The notes under the pieces are model-generated. The model ran no database searches. It was not told the DNA's origin and saw only the letters and a program-made list of their open reading frames with translations. 64,000 bases of DNA from Tenericutes bacterium ADurb.Bin087 (GTDB lineage Bacteria; Bacillota_I; Bacilli_A; RFN20; CAG-826): NCBI GenBank assembly GCA_002070905.1, contig MWEF01000003.1, positions 11,216 to 75,215 of the forward strand, in the 5' to 3' direction. Below, piece after piece: positions 9,834 to 19,659 of the stretch; position 1 is the first letter of the stretch, and each line of letters begins with the position of its first letter. The position numbers and the translations under genes were made by a program.

Positions 9834-10257
9834 CTTGCTTTCTCCTCTCTAGATAAGTTTCTAAGATATATTTAGCGGCCACAGCATCAATTTGGGCCTT
9901 TATTTGTGTTTTAGTATAACCAAGTCTTGCAAGTTCTTCAGTTGCGGCAAGGGTCGTGTATGTTTCATTTACTAAAACTATCGGAGGCGCTCCTTCCTTT
10001 AAGAGGTCGTCACGGAAGCGTTCCGCTGACTTTGCTCTTTCACCAACTGTCCCGTCTGTATTAAGCGGATAGCCAAGCGCAATTTCACAAATATTTTCTT
10101 TCGCGCACACCGCGAGTACGTGTGCGCGCGCTTTCTTATAATAATGGGACGGAAATGTATAATTTTCATACGCAACCGCCAATTTTTGCGCCGAATCACT
10201 AATCGCAATTCCGAGTGTTTTCGTTCCTAAATCTAAGCCTAATATTTTACTCATCAA
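9820..10257 (-). CDS. ruvX: Holliday junction resolvase-like / pre-16S rRNA nuclease YqgF
   Basis: 145 aa, ILGLDLGTKTLGIAISD N-terminus typical of YqgF/RuvX. Overlaps the alaS stop. Confidence 0.9.
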   Translation of the reverse strand: MMSKILGLDLGTKTLGIAISDSAQKLAVAYENYTFPSHYYKKARAHVLAVCAKENICEIALGYPLNTDGTVGERAKSAERFRDDLLKEGAPPIVLVNETYTTLAATEELARLGYTKTQIKAQIDAVAAKYILETYLERRKQDERK

Positions 10258-12841
10258 GCACCTTTATAATTGCTGTTAACACAGCGCCCCGTTCAGGAAA
10301 ACTTTTAAGTATGCCGTTAGCAAAATCAGGACGGCCACCGCCACTACCACCAAACGTCGCCGTTAATGCTTTCATGACCTTATTCGCATTAACTTTTTTC
10401 GCTAGTGGCTTACTAATGCTCACAAGCACGCTAAAATCTTGCGCACCATCACTAATTAAAGTAATAAGTGCTGCTTCATCACCGCTCCGCACGCGGTCAG
10501 CAATAATTCCTAAATCATCACGACTCACACCGCCAATAAAGTCTAAATAAACATTTATCATCCCACTTTTTACTGGCGCCAACCTGTCCGCGATTGAATG
10601 TAATTCTTGGGTTTTACGCGCGGTGAGTTCACTATTTAACAGCGCATTTTTTTCAACTAATGAGCGCACATGCGTAATAATATCTTTTTTATCGTTAAGT
10701 CCAAGTTCTTTACTTAAACGGCCAACAGTGTCGTAATATGTTTTTAAGTGTTCGTAAGCCGCGAGTCCAGTAAGTGCCACAATGCGCCGCACTCCGCTAG
10801 CGATACTACTTTCGCTCACTATCACAAATGCCCCAATCTTACTTGTGTTATCAATATGCGTTCCGCCACATAATTCTGTGGAAATTCCCGCAAACGTAAC
10901 AACGCGAACCAAGTCGCCATATTTTTCCATAAATAAAGCTTTAGCGCCGAGTTTTTGTGCTTCACTTAATGGCATATATTTCACATTAAGCGGCACAGCA
11001 GCGCTAATATATTGATTGACGAGCAGTTCAATACGTTCAAGTTCCTCTTCTTTAACACGGGCGTTGTAATTAAAGTCAAAGCGTAAATAATCAGGACCAA
11101 CATAACTCCCCGCTTGACTTACTTCACTCCCTAAGACATCATTAAGTGCCCGATGTAATAAGTGCGTCGCACTGTGATTTAACATTGTTGACCGCCGCGC
11201 AGCGCCATCGATTTCAAGTTTAACTTTATCACCAACTTTAATTAATCCATAATCAAGACTTAAATGATGTAAATGTTGACCGTGCGGGGCTTTAGTCATC
11301 GCCGTTACGACAGCGCGAAGTTCATCATTACTTACAAAGCCGCTATCACTAACTTGACCGCCACTTTCACTGTAAAAAGGGGTGGTATCAAATATTGCAC
11401 TAACGTCTTCATCACTTTCACTAACTTTAACACCATCTTTAAAAAGACCAATCACTGTTGCAGTTACTTCAAATTGTTGGTCAACAAATGTGGACTTTTG
11501 ATCAAATTTTAATAAATCTTCACTTTGACTAGCCATGCTATTTAAATTCTTCCGCGCTGCACGTGCTCGTTCTCGTTGCTCTTCAAGTAATACTTCAAAC
11601 CCTTTAACATCAACACTAGCGCCATTTTCACTTGCAATTTCAAGTGTTAAATCAATTGGGAAGCCAAAAGTATCATAGAGTTTAAAAGCGACTTCTCCAC
11701 TGATGTTTTTACTCGCGGATAAAGCGCCACGTAATAACTCTTCACCGTGATTAAGCGTATTTAAGAACCGTACTTCTTCGGCTTTAATGAGGCGTTCAAC
11801 GTGGTCTTTACGACCCACTAAATACGGATAGAATTCGTGCATCGCGTCAATCACACTTTGCACTAATTTATAGAGGAATGGTTCTTTCATCCCAAGCTTT
11901 TGGCCATAACGCACCGCGCGCCGTAACACACGACGCAAGACATAACCTCGGCCTTCATTACTAAAACTAGCGCCATCGGCAATCGCAAATGTTGCAGTAC
12001 GAATGTGATCGGCCACAACACGGAAACTAACTATATCATCGCTATATTTAACGCCTGATAGCTTTTCTAATTGCGTAATAATTGGGGTAAATAAGTCTGT
12101 TTCAAAGTTGCTTGGTACCATTTGCATTACACTCGCAATTCGTTCCAATCCTGCGCCTGTATCAATATTTTTACTTGGCAACTCTTCATAATTTTCACGT
12201 TTCACACCCGCTTTTGCGTTATATTGACTAAACACAATGTTCCAAATTTCTAAAAACCGATCATTATCAATATCATTGGCTAATAATTCCGGACCACGAG
12301 CGTCGACTTCTGGGCCTAGGTCAAAGAAAATTTCTGTATTTGGACCGCACGGGCCTTCCCCAATTTCCCAGTAATTATCTTCATTAGCAATCACATGACT
12401 TTTAGGTACGCCTAAATTAACCCATAAGTCACGCGATTCCGTGTCACTTGGATGGTAAGTAAAATATAGTTTATCTAATGGCAGCCCTAAATAATCTTTG
12501 CTTGTTAAAAATTCAAAACCCCATGTAATCGCTTCTTTACGGAAATAGTCGCCAATACTAAAGTTACCAAGCATCTCAAAAAAGGTATGGTGGCGATTTG
12601 TTTTACCAACATTTTCAATATCATTCGTGCGAATGCTTTTTTGCACGTTTGTTAACCGTTTATCGGTACTTACTTTACTGCCATCAAAATATTGTTTAAG
12701 CGCCGCGACACCAGAATTAATCCAAAGTAACGTTTTATCATTAACGGGAATTAAACTAGCGCCTTCCACGACAGCGTGCTTTTTGCTTTTAAAAAAGGAT
12801 AGCCACAATGTGCGAATATCATTACTTGTTAATTTTTTCAT
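10247..12841 (-). CDS. alaS: Alanine--tRNA ligase
   Basis: Start trimmed to ATG 12841 (MKKLTSNDIR...), which has a GAGG SD 5 nt upstream. Canonical AlaRS motifs are present, including HSATHLLH and CGGTH in the editing domain. Confidence 0.95.
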   Translation of the reverse strand: MKKLTSNDIRTLWLSFFKSKKHAVVEGASLIPVNDKTLLWINSGVAALKQYFDGSKVSTDKRLTNVQKSIRTNDIENVGKTNRHHTFFEMLGNFSIGDYFRKEAITWGFEFLTSKDYLGLPLDKLYFTYHPSDTESRDLWVNLGVPKSHVIANEDNYWEIGEGPCGPNTEIFFDLGPEVDARGPELLANDIDNDRFLEIWNIVFSQYNAKAGVKRENYEELPSKNIDTGAGLERIASVMQMVPSNFETDLFTPIITQLEKLSGVKYSDDIVSFRVVADHIRTATFAIADGASFSNEGRGYVLRRVLRRAVRYGQKLGMKEPFLYKLVQSVIDAMHEFYPYLVGRKDHVERLIKAEEVRFLNTLNHGEELLRGALSASKNISGEVAFKLYDTFGFPIDLTLEIASENGASVDVKGFEVLLEEQRERARAARKNLNSMASQSEDLLKFDQKSTFVDQQFEVTATVIGLFKDGVKVSESDEDVSAIFDTTPFYSESGGQVSDSGFVSNDELRAVVTAMTKAPHGQHLHHLSLDYGLIKVGDKVKLEIDGAARRSTMLNHSATHLLHRALNDVLGSEVSQAGSYVGPDYLRFDFNYNARVKEEELERIELLVNQYISAAVPLNVKYMPLSEAQKLGAKALFMEKYGDLVRVVTFAGISTELCGGTHIDNTSKIGAFVIVSESSIASGVRRIVALTGLAAYEHLKTYYDTVGRLSKELGLNDKKDIITHVRSLVEKNALLNSELTARKTQELHSIADRLAPVKSGMINVYLDFIGGVSRDDLGIIADRVRSGDEAALITLISDGAQDFSVLVSISKPLAKKVNANKVMKALTATFGGSGGGRPDFANGILKSFPERGAVLTAIIKVLDE

Positions 12842-13049
12842 AAAAACCTCAACTAACATAGGAACGACTCTCGCCGCGGTACCATCCTAATTCATCGTTG
12901 TGATGCCCTTATTTACAATTCGTTAACGGGAATTAACCGGCGATGATTAGTCGCTCGAAGGAAGTGGCTTACTTTACTATTGAGTCCTTGCACCATCTAA
13001 CTCTCGCTATGTCGTTGTAAAGTTTAATTTCCTTATTGATTTCGGTAAT
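12842..13049 (-). promoter_or_regulatory. T-box leader (Ala specifier GCC) upstream of alaS
   Basis: The minus strand shows three elements. Stem I: AGCGAGAGTTAGATGGTGCAAGG. Specifier loop: AAGTAAGCCACTTCCTTCGAGCGA, with GCC at 12968..12966 followed by A. T-box sequence: GAATTAGGATGGTACCGCGGCGAGAG (12893..12868). Confidence 0.85.
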
Positions 13050-13076
13050 ATTATAGCATATTAAAAAGTTAGTCAA
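13050..13076 (-). promoter_or_regulatory. Candidate alaS promoter
   Basis: The minus strand reads GTTGACTAA (overlapping the mnmA stop), then a spacer, then TGC-TATAAT (extended -10 at 13055..13050). The spacer is 15-17 nt depending on the choice of -35 register. Confidence 0.45.
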
Positions 13077-14217
13077 CTTTTTTGCCTTGATAGAACACAT
13101 CGCTAATAATCGCACCTCCTAAACAAATATCCTTATGGTAGAAAACGGCGGCTTGGCCTGGGGTGACCGCGAGATAAGGTTGGGGGAATAAAAGGTAGGC
13201 GCCTTTTTCATCTTTGTAGTACTTTGCTGGTAAATCTTTTTGCCGATAGCGGAGCTTAACATTCATATCACTACCACTTGGTAATTCTTCATTAATAAAA
13301 TTAACATCACTTAAAGTTATCTTGTCACTTTTTAAATGCTCATCTTCGTCATCATTAGCGACATATAAAATATTGTTAACAACATCCTTTTTACAAACAT
13401 ACCATCGTTTATTTTCTGGATAATCTTTAAGTCCGCCAATCCCTAACCCGCGCCTTTGACCAAGTGTATAATAATAGACGCCAGTATGGGTACCAATTTC
13501 TTTACCAGTATTGATATCGACAATCACACCATTTTGAGCGGGGATATAATTTTTTAAGAAATTACGAAAGTGCCGTTCACCAATAAAGCAAATACCAGTA
13601 CTATCTTTTTTCTGCGCCGGAGTTAAGTTAAGTTTTAAGGCTAATTCCCGCACTTTTGTTTTCGGGATATCGCCAAGCGGAAAAAGTGTCCGTGCAAGTT
13701 GCGCATTTGATAACTGACTTAAAAAATATGTTTGGTCTTTATCTTTGTCCGCACTTTTTTTCATCACGAGCGCACCATTTACTGTTTCAAGTTTCGCATA
13801 ATGCCCCGTCGCGATGTAATCGGCGCCCATATTAAGCGCCCACGCCAAAAAGGCGTCAAATTTAATGTATTTATTGCAAAAGATATCTGGATTTGGGGTG
13901 CGACCAACCTCATATTCCTTTAAAAAATAACTAAAAACGTAATCCCAATATTCTTTGACAAAGTCGACACGATGGAGTTTAACACCAAGTGCATCGGCCA
14001 CTGCTTTAGCATCATTATAATCAACTTCCTGTGGACAAGTTGGATCGTAAAGCGTCGGGTTGCCGCTAATATCATTATTTAAAAGCGCATCCCAGTTGCG
14101 CATAAACGCTGCTTCAACGTTGTAGCCTTCCGCCTTCAAAAGCGCAAGCGCGACTGCACTATCAACGCCGCCACTGAGCCCTACCATTACTTTAATATGT
14201 GCTTTATCTTTTTTCAT
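13069..14217 (-). CDS. mnmA: tRNA-specific 2-thiouridylase
   Basis: 382 aa. PP-loop VGLSGGVDSAV and overall MnmA/TrmU pattern. ATGA overlap with dtd. Confidence 0.95.
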   Translation of the reverse strand: MKKDKAHIKVMVGLSGGVDSAVALALLKAEGYNVEAAFMRNWDALLNNDISGNPTLYDPTCPQEVDYNDAKAVADALGVKLHRVDFVKEYWDYVFSYFLKEYEVGRTPNPDIFCNKYIKFDAFLAWALNMGADYIATGHYAKLETVNGALVMKKSADKDKDQTYFLSQLSNAQLARTLFPLGDIPKTKVRELALKLNLTPAQKKDSTGICFIGERHFRNFLKNYIPAQNGVIVDINTGKEIGTHTGVYYYTLGQRRGLGIGGLKDYPENKRWYVCKKDVVNNILYVANDDEDEHLKSDKITLSDVNFINEELPSGSDMNVKLRYRQKDLPAKYYKDEKGAYLLFPQPYLAVTPGQAAVFYHKDICLGGAIISDVFYQGKKVD

Positions 14218-14648
14218 TCGCTTTCCACCACATAAGTTACGGGACCAACATTCGTAAATTTTATATTCATATCAGCGCCAAAAACACCAGTTTCAACGCT
14301 GACAAACTGCCGTAATTCATCATTAAAATAATCATAAAGGGCACTGCTTTCTTTGCCGCTAAGTACTTTAGTAAAGGAAGGTCTACGACTATTAAATTCG
14401 CCATAAAGCGTAAATTGACTAACGCTTAAGACTGCTCCATTTACTTGGTTAATATTTAAATTAGTTTTCCCGTTTTCATCGGGAAAAATGCGCATCAGCG
14501 CAATCTTTTCCGCCATTTTTCGTGCTACTTCTTGCGTGTCGCTAAGCGTAAAAGACACAAGTAAAAGCATCCCGTATTCAATCGCGGAATACACCTTTTG
14601 CTCAATTTCCAATTTAGCGTCTTTAACAATTTGAATGACGACCCGCAT
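14214..14648 (-). CDS. dtd: D-aminoacyl-tRNA deacylase
   Basis: 144 aa, MRVVIQ...SQFTLYG...RPSF motifs typical of Dtd. Confidence 0.9.
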   Translation of the reverse strand: MRVVIQIVKDAKLEIEQKVYSAIEYGMLLLVSFTLSDTQEVARKMAEKIALMRIFPDENGKTNLNINQVNGAVLSVSQFTLYGEFNSRRPSFTKVLSGKESSALYDYFNDELRQFVSVETGVFGADMNIKFTNVGPVTYVVESE

Positions 14649-15955
14649 TATTTAATATAATCATGAATAATTGGTGGCACCTCAATATGGTTATCGCTTA
14701 ATTTAAACGCGTGATGAATATCAACTAATATTGGATTAGATACTTCATCAGCTTTATTCGTATACACAAGCGCTAAACGTTCACCAACTTTCACTTTATC
14801 TCCTACTTTTTTATTTAAGACAATCCCTGCGGACATATCAATTGTATCTTCATAAGTTTCGCGACCACCGCCTAATTTCATACTAGCAATGCCAATTGCC
14901 ATACTATCGATATGTTCGACATAGCCAGCACTTGTCGCTAATACTTCAAACACATGTTTACTAACCGCAAATTTTTCTGGGTGAGTTATATAACTTTCGT
15001 CCCCACCTTGGGCTTTTATCATATCAACAAGTTTTTGCAGCGCTGCCCCCGATTTAATCTTGGCTTCGACTTGTTTACGAGCATCTTTCGCGTCCTTAAC
15101 CACACCAGCTTGTTCTAGCATTATACAAGCAGCCTCAATACAAAGCGCGCTTAAGTCACGCGGTCCCTCGCCTTTGAGCGTAGCAATTGCTTCTTTAACT
15201 TCTAACGCATTACCGACTGCAAGCCCCAAGGGCTGATCCATATCCGTTAGAATCGCCCGCGTATCACGATTTAAACTCTTACCAATATTAACCATGGCTC
15301 TGGCTAATTCTTGGGCATCAGCGAGTGTCTTCATAAAGGCACCACTGCCAAATTTAACGTCAAGTAAAATTGTATCGCTGCCGGACGCTAATTTTTTGGA
15401 CATGATCGAACTAGCAATCAGCGGAATCGCTTCAACGGTCGCCGTTACATCGCGGAGCGCATAAAGTTTCTTATCCGCGGGGACTAAATGCCCCGTTTGA
15501 CCAATAATTGCACACCCAACTTCATTTACTTGGCGAATAAAGGCCTCATTAGGGATATTAATACTCGTGCCCGGGATACTTTCAAGTTTATCAAGTGTTC
15601 CACCAGTATGACCTAAACCGCGCCCACTCATTTTGGCCACTTTAACGCCAAAACTTGCCACGAGCGGGCCAAGTACTAAACTTGTCTTATCGCCAACGCC
15701 ACCCGTGCTATGTTTATCAACTTTGACGCCTTTGATGCCGCTTAAATCAATGACATCACCACTATGCATCATCGCGAGTGTTAAAGCCGCTGTTTCTGCT
15801 TTATTCATCCCGCGCCATACAATCGCCATTAATAAACTACTCGTTTGATAATCAGGAATACTTCCGTCAGTTACCCCTTTGACGAAAAAATTAATTTCAG
15901 CTTCGGAAAGGGCAAAACCATCGCGTTTTTTTAGAATAATATCATACATTCGCAT
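14648..15955 (-). CDS. pdp: Pyrimidine-nucleoside (thymidine) phosphorylase
   Basis: 435 aa, DKHSTGGVGDK and SGRGLGHTGGTLDKLE motifs. AAGGAG SD. Confidence 0.9.
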   Translation of the reverse strand: MRMYDIILKKRDGFALSEAEINFFVKGVTDGSIPDYQTSSLLMAIVWRGMNKAETAALTLAMMHSGDVIDLSGIKGVKVDKHSTGGVGDKTSLVLGPLVASFGVKVAKMSGRGLGHTGGTLDKLESIPGTSINIPNEAFIRQVNEVGCAIIGQTGHLVPADKKLYALRDVTATVEAIPLIASSIMSKKLASGSDTILLDVKFGSGAFMKTLADAQELARAMVNIGKSLNRDTRAILTDMDQPLGLAVGNALEVKEAIATLKGEGPRDLSALCIEAACIMLEQAGVVKDAKDARKQVEAKIKSGAALQKLVDMIKAQGGDESYITHPEKFAVSKHVFEVLATSAGYVEHIDSMAIGIASMKLGGGRETYEDTIDMSAGIVLNKKVGDKVKVGERLALVYTNKADEVSNPILVDIHHAFKLSDNHIEVPPIIHDYIK

Positions 15956-16067
15956 AATCTAATTTCTCCTTTATTAATCATATTTTAACATATGTAAAAG
16001 CGCTTACTCTACAAAGATAGAGTAAAACAACGTCTTTATACTTAAATTAGCGCCTAATTTTAGCAAA

Positions 16068-16865
16068 TTATTTAGAATGTTCAGTGTTTTCACTAAGCGC
16101 AGGCGTCATAATCTTCCGCCCATATTTATTAATCTTTTGCACAGTGCCATATTCGCGACGCAACTCATTCATCGCGTTATTACTTAGTTCATGGACTTGA
16201 TTCGCTAATTCTAACGTTGTGCCACTAGGAGTGATAAACGGCAAAAATTCAACATAAACTTTGTAGCGTCGCGCCCGTGTTTTAAGCGGTAATACCATTT
16301 GATTGCCCCACATGACAACTGGCGCAATTGTTGTGTTTGTCGCTAGCGGAGCTTTAAATGCCCCCGCTTTATAATCTAAAAGCGGACCATGATAATCTTG
16401 GTTGCGCGTTCCTTCTGGGAAAATTAGCCAACTAATTTCTTTATTAGCGAGCGAGTCACGGGTCATTTGCATCACTTTAATTTCTTGGCGTAAGTTATCG
16501 CGTTCAAGATATAAGCCTTTATACACCCGCATTAGTGTCCGCACAAAGGGAATTTTCTTGTTTTCGACTTTCGATAAAAACGATACAGGAAGCGGTAAAT
16601 ACGCGAGTAAGACAACAAGATCTAACACACTTGTGTGATTACTCACAATATAATAGATTTCATCATCTTTAAAATCAGGCATCTGGCGAATTTCGACATC
16701 AACTTTTAATATTTTTAGGACGCGGCGCGCTATTTTTTGGCCCTTTTTCATCCGTAATGCAGCAGGATATTTATCGGGCCGTCGCGCATAGGGACGCATC
16801 CATGTAAAATAACCCCATATCACGGGAATAAATAATTTCGCAATCCAAATAATATACTTAATCAT
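16068..16865 (-). CDS. plsC: 1-acyl-sn-glycerol-3-phosphate acyltransferase
   Basis: 265 aa with an N-terminal TM helix. Acyltransferase motifs NHTSVLD (HX4D) and FPEGTR. Confidence 0.85.
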   Translation of the reverse strand: MIKYIIWIAKLFIPVIWGYFTWMRPYARRPDKYPAALRMKKGQKIARRVLKILKVDVEIRQMPDFKDDEIYYIVSNHTSVLDLVVLLAYLPLPVSFLSKVENKKIPFVRTLMRVYKGLYLERDNLRQEIKVMQMTRDSLANKEISWLIFPEGTRNQDYHGPLLDYKAGAFKAPLATNTTIAPVVMWGNQMVLPLKTRARRYKVYVEFLPFITPSGTTLELANQVHELSNNAMNELRREYGTVQKINKYGRKIMTPALSENTEHSK

Positions 16866-16874
16866 AATCTTTTT

Positions 16875-17141
16875 CTAAAACTCACGATATAACTCAGCGA
16901 TAATAAATGTTTCTCCTTCAATTTCTTCAAGGCGACCTTTAAGCGCCACTTTACGTCCTTCCGCGAGACGATTTAAGGTTGAGGTCGTATTAGACCAATG
17001 TTTGACTTTAAAGTAGTCATACTGTGTTTGTTCATCACCATCATCACTATAATCAATGCCTGGTACTTTCTCCACAAGCAAATAGCGATAATCATTTTCG
17101 TTTTTACCTAGGGTGCCAACGATAAATACGGATGTTAACAT
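16875..17141 (-). CDS. Short SSB-like OB-fold protein lacking the C-terminal tail
   Basis: Start trimmed to ATG 17141, which has a GAGGAG SD. MLTSVFIVGTLGK...DYFKVKHW...LAEGRKVALKGRLE follows the SSB OB-fold pattern (MLNRV.L.GRL...F..C..W...A....KG..V.V.GRL). The Gly/Pro-rich linker and acidic tip are absent. Confidence 0.6.
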   Translation of the reverse strand: MLTSVFIVGTLGKNENDYRYLLVEKVPGIDYSDDGDEQTQYDYFKVKHWSNTTSTLNRLAEGRKVALKGRLEEIEGETFIIAELYREF

Positions 17142-17160
17142 AATTAATTCTCCTCTTAGT

Positions 17161-19332
17161 TTATTTTGGGCCATTATCTCCTTTCCGGAGACCTAGCACA
17201 ATTACACTATAGGGGGCAACCATTGTTCGTTCAAAATATTCTTTCGAGCGGGCAGCGATATAACCACCACGATTAAGAATTGTTTTTAACGGTTTTTCTA
17301 AACTAATAAAGATTGGTTCACTTGTGGGATTGACAAAGACATTAAAGTGACTATATGGTCCTAAATCCAACTCAGGATTATATGTAATTTGACTTGCGCC
17401 ACCTGGCAAATCTTTAAATTCAACAAGTTCTTTAATGACTTTGGGGTCAGTGTGATGTAAGAATTGGCATTCTTTCCGCATCACTGTTAATGCTTTAAAA
17501 TATTCAACCATTTCTTTGCGTTTATAGGCAAGTGTATACGGGAACTGATTAACTTTATCACTGCTCTTATATGAATTTAATTCTCCGTATTTGGAGACGC
17601 CAATTTCTTGCCCACGATGGAAGAATGGGACACCAAACGCTAACATTACAATCGTATTTAAACTAAGTAACCGCATTAAATGTGTTTCCGCGCATTCACC
17701 CGGATTACTAACGAGCATTTTGTCGACTAACACACCGTTATCATGACATTCAACATAGTTGATGCTTTGACCAGCGTTTCCATAACGTGGTGAAAAAGTT
17801 GTATTTAAGACACTACCAGCGTAAGCATAATAAAAGCCAAGCCGATAATTTGTCGCGCCTAGCATATAGCCCCGTTCATGGAGATTTTCAACAAAACTAC
17901 CACCTTTCATAATTTCGCGGAAGGCATCATTAAAGAAGCCAATTTCGGGTGTTTTACTCGCATTACCGTGATGGGCTAATTGTTCTTTGGGCAGCGGAGT
18001 CATCATTTCCCAGCCTTCGCCTAAAATTAAGAAGTCGGGCTTAAGAGCTTTCGCCATTTTATATACTTCGTCAATCGTTTTAATATCCATTAAGCCCATT
18101 AAATCAAAGCGAAAACCATCAACCCCTAATTTTTCAATGTAATAGCGACATGCATCAACAATTAAGCGCCGCACCATTGGGCGTTCGGTCGCTAAATCAT
18201 TGCCACAGCCACTGCCGTTACTAATGACGCCTTCACTTGTTTTACGGAAATAATAATTAGGAACAATTTTCTCAAAAACACTCGTTTCATGGTCGTAAAC
18301 ATGATTAAAGACAACGTCCATAATAATTCTAATCCCCGCTTCATGGTATTTACTAACGAGCTTTTTAAAATCACTAATGCGGTTATAAGGGTCATATGGT
18401 TCACGAGCGTAGCTTCCTTCTAATACAAAGTATTGTTGCGGGTCATAACCCCAGTTATAACTTTGCCATTTTCGTGTCTCATCAACTGTTTTAAAATCGT
18501 AAACGGGCATCAGTTGTAGGTGTGTGATTCCTAAATCTTTTAAATAATCAAAGCCTGCGGGATAGATGCCTTTTACTTTACGCCCCTCTTCAATCATCCC
18601 AAAGAAAGTCGCAGGATATTCAATATCCGTCCGTTCATCAATTGTTTGATCACGGACACTTGTTTCATAAATTATCGCTTCAGTAGGCTTAGTAAATGGC
18701 GGTAATTTATCATCATGCATAGCAACATAATCATATTTAGCGGGATTAACGACATAACTAAAGGTCCCGTTTGGCCCACTGCTAACGGCATATGGGTCCG
18801 TTACTTCTTCTTCAAGACCGTTATTAAGCACTAAATACGTATAGCGAATCCCTTCATGGTCGCCCTCTAGTGTAAATTCATACACGCCGCGTTCGCCGCG
18901 TTTAAGTTTACGATATAAGAAATGCTTTTCACCAGGGACTTCATATTTTAAAATGACACGACTAGCGAGCGGGGCCCATAGTCGAAACGTTGTTTTTTCG
19001 GCGCTATAAGCCGCCCCAAGCGGACCAGTATAATAATAATCCGTATCAAAATTAGGAAAAGTCGTCGCTTCACTGACATTAAGCGGAACTTGACCAAAGT
19101 TTTGTAAATATACTTTATAATTTTCGCCAAGCACAAATGGTTTTTCTAATGTTAATTCAAAGGTCGTGATTTTATATTGCACGACTTTACTTTTAGAACT
19201 AAAGGGCACTAATTTATCATTATCATCATAAATCGTTACCCGTGCTTGTTCATATTGATATTTATCACTATAGAGCACCACGCGGATTACACGGGGGGCA
19301 ATTAAATGTGCACTAAATTGTCCAAACGCCAT
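17161..19332 (-). CDS. Type I pullulanase / debranching enzyme (GH13), apparently cytoplasmic
   Basis: Start trimmed to ATG 19332 (AAGGAG SD; MAFGQFSAHL...). The ORF-track extension would overlap acpS. GH13 motifs DVVFNHV, GFRFDLMG, EGW and YVECHDN are present. No signal peptide. Confidence 0.85.
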   Translation of the reverse strand: MAFGQFSAHLIAPRVIRVVLYSDKYQYEQARVTIYDDNDKLVPFSSKSKVVQYKITTFELTLEKPFVLGENYKVYLQNFGQVPLNVSEATTFPNFDTDYYYTGPLGAAYSAEKTTFRLWAPLASRVILKYEVPGEKHFLYRKLKRGERGVYEFTLEGDHEGIRYTYLVLNNGLEEEVTDPYAVSSGPNGTFSYVVNPAKYDYVAMHDDKLPPFTKPTEAIIYETSVRDQTIDERTDIEYPATFFGMIEEGRKVKGIYPAGFDYLKDLGITHLQLMPVYDFKTVDETRKWQSYNWGYDPQQYFVLEGSYAREPYDPYNRISDFKKLVSKYHEAGIRIIMDVVFNHVYDHETSVFEKIVPNYYFRKTSEGVISNGSGCGNDLATERPMVRRLIVDACRYYIEKLGVDGFRFDLMGLMDIKTIDEVYKMAKALKPDFLILGEGWEMMTPLPKEQLAHHGNASKTPEIGFFNDAFREIMKGGSFVENLHERGYMLGATNYRLGFYYAYAGSVLNTTFSPRYGNAGQSINYVECHDNGVLVDKMLVSNPGECAETHLMRLLSLNTIVMLAFGVPFFHRGQEIGVSKYGELNSYKSSDKVNQFPYTLAYKRKEMVEYFKALTVMRKECQFLHHTDPKVIKELVEFKDLPGGASQITYNPELDLGPYSHFNVFVNPTSEPIFISLEKPLKTILNRGGYIAARSKEYFERTMVAPYSVIVLGLRKGDNGPK

Positions 19333-19336
19333 AACA

Positions 19337-19657
19337 CTACTCCTTAATTTCGACAATTGCCACGGCATAATCGCCGTCATGACTAATCGAGACAGAATAA
19401 ACTTTCCCGTCATGATGAATTTCAGGGCGACCATCACGCTTATACACAATGTCTATTTTGTGAAAAGCAATGCGACCAATCCCTTCTTTGATTGCTTTTA
19501 AGAATGCTTCTTTCGCCGCAAAACGACCGGCGAGAAACTCTTCTTTATTCGGGCGCATATTATAAATTTCGAGTTCATTTGGCGATAAAATACGCGCTGC
19601 TAGTTTTTCCTTACCCACAAAGCGGGGAATATATACTAAATCAATGCCCACTGCCAT
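19337..19657 (-). CDS. acpS: Holo-[acyl-carrier-protein] synthase
   Basis: 106 aa, MAVGIDLVYIPRF...FAAKEAFLKA, canonical AcpS. Confidence 0.9.
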   Translation of the reverse strand: MAVGIDLVYIPRFVGKEKLAARILSPNELEIYNMRPNKEEFLAGRFAAKEAFLKAIKEGIGRIAFHKIDIVYKRDGRPEIHHDGKVYSVSISHDGDYAVAIVEIKE

Positions 19658-19659
19658 CT

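Noticed and set aside
10215-10550. 111-aa plus-strand ORF across the ruvX/alaS junction, and other 60-90 aa ORFs antisense to alaS
   Set aside because: They are shadow ORFs opposite highly conserved genes.
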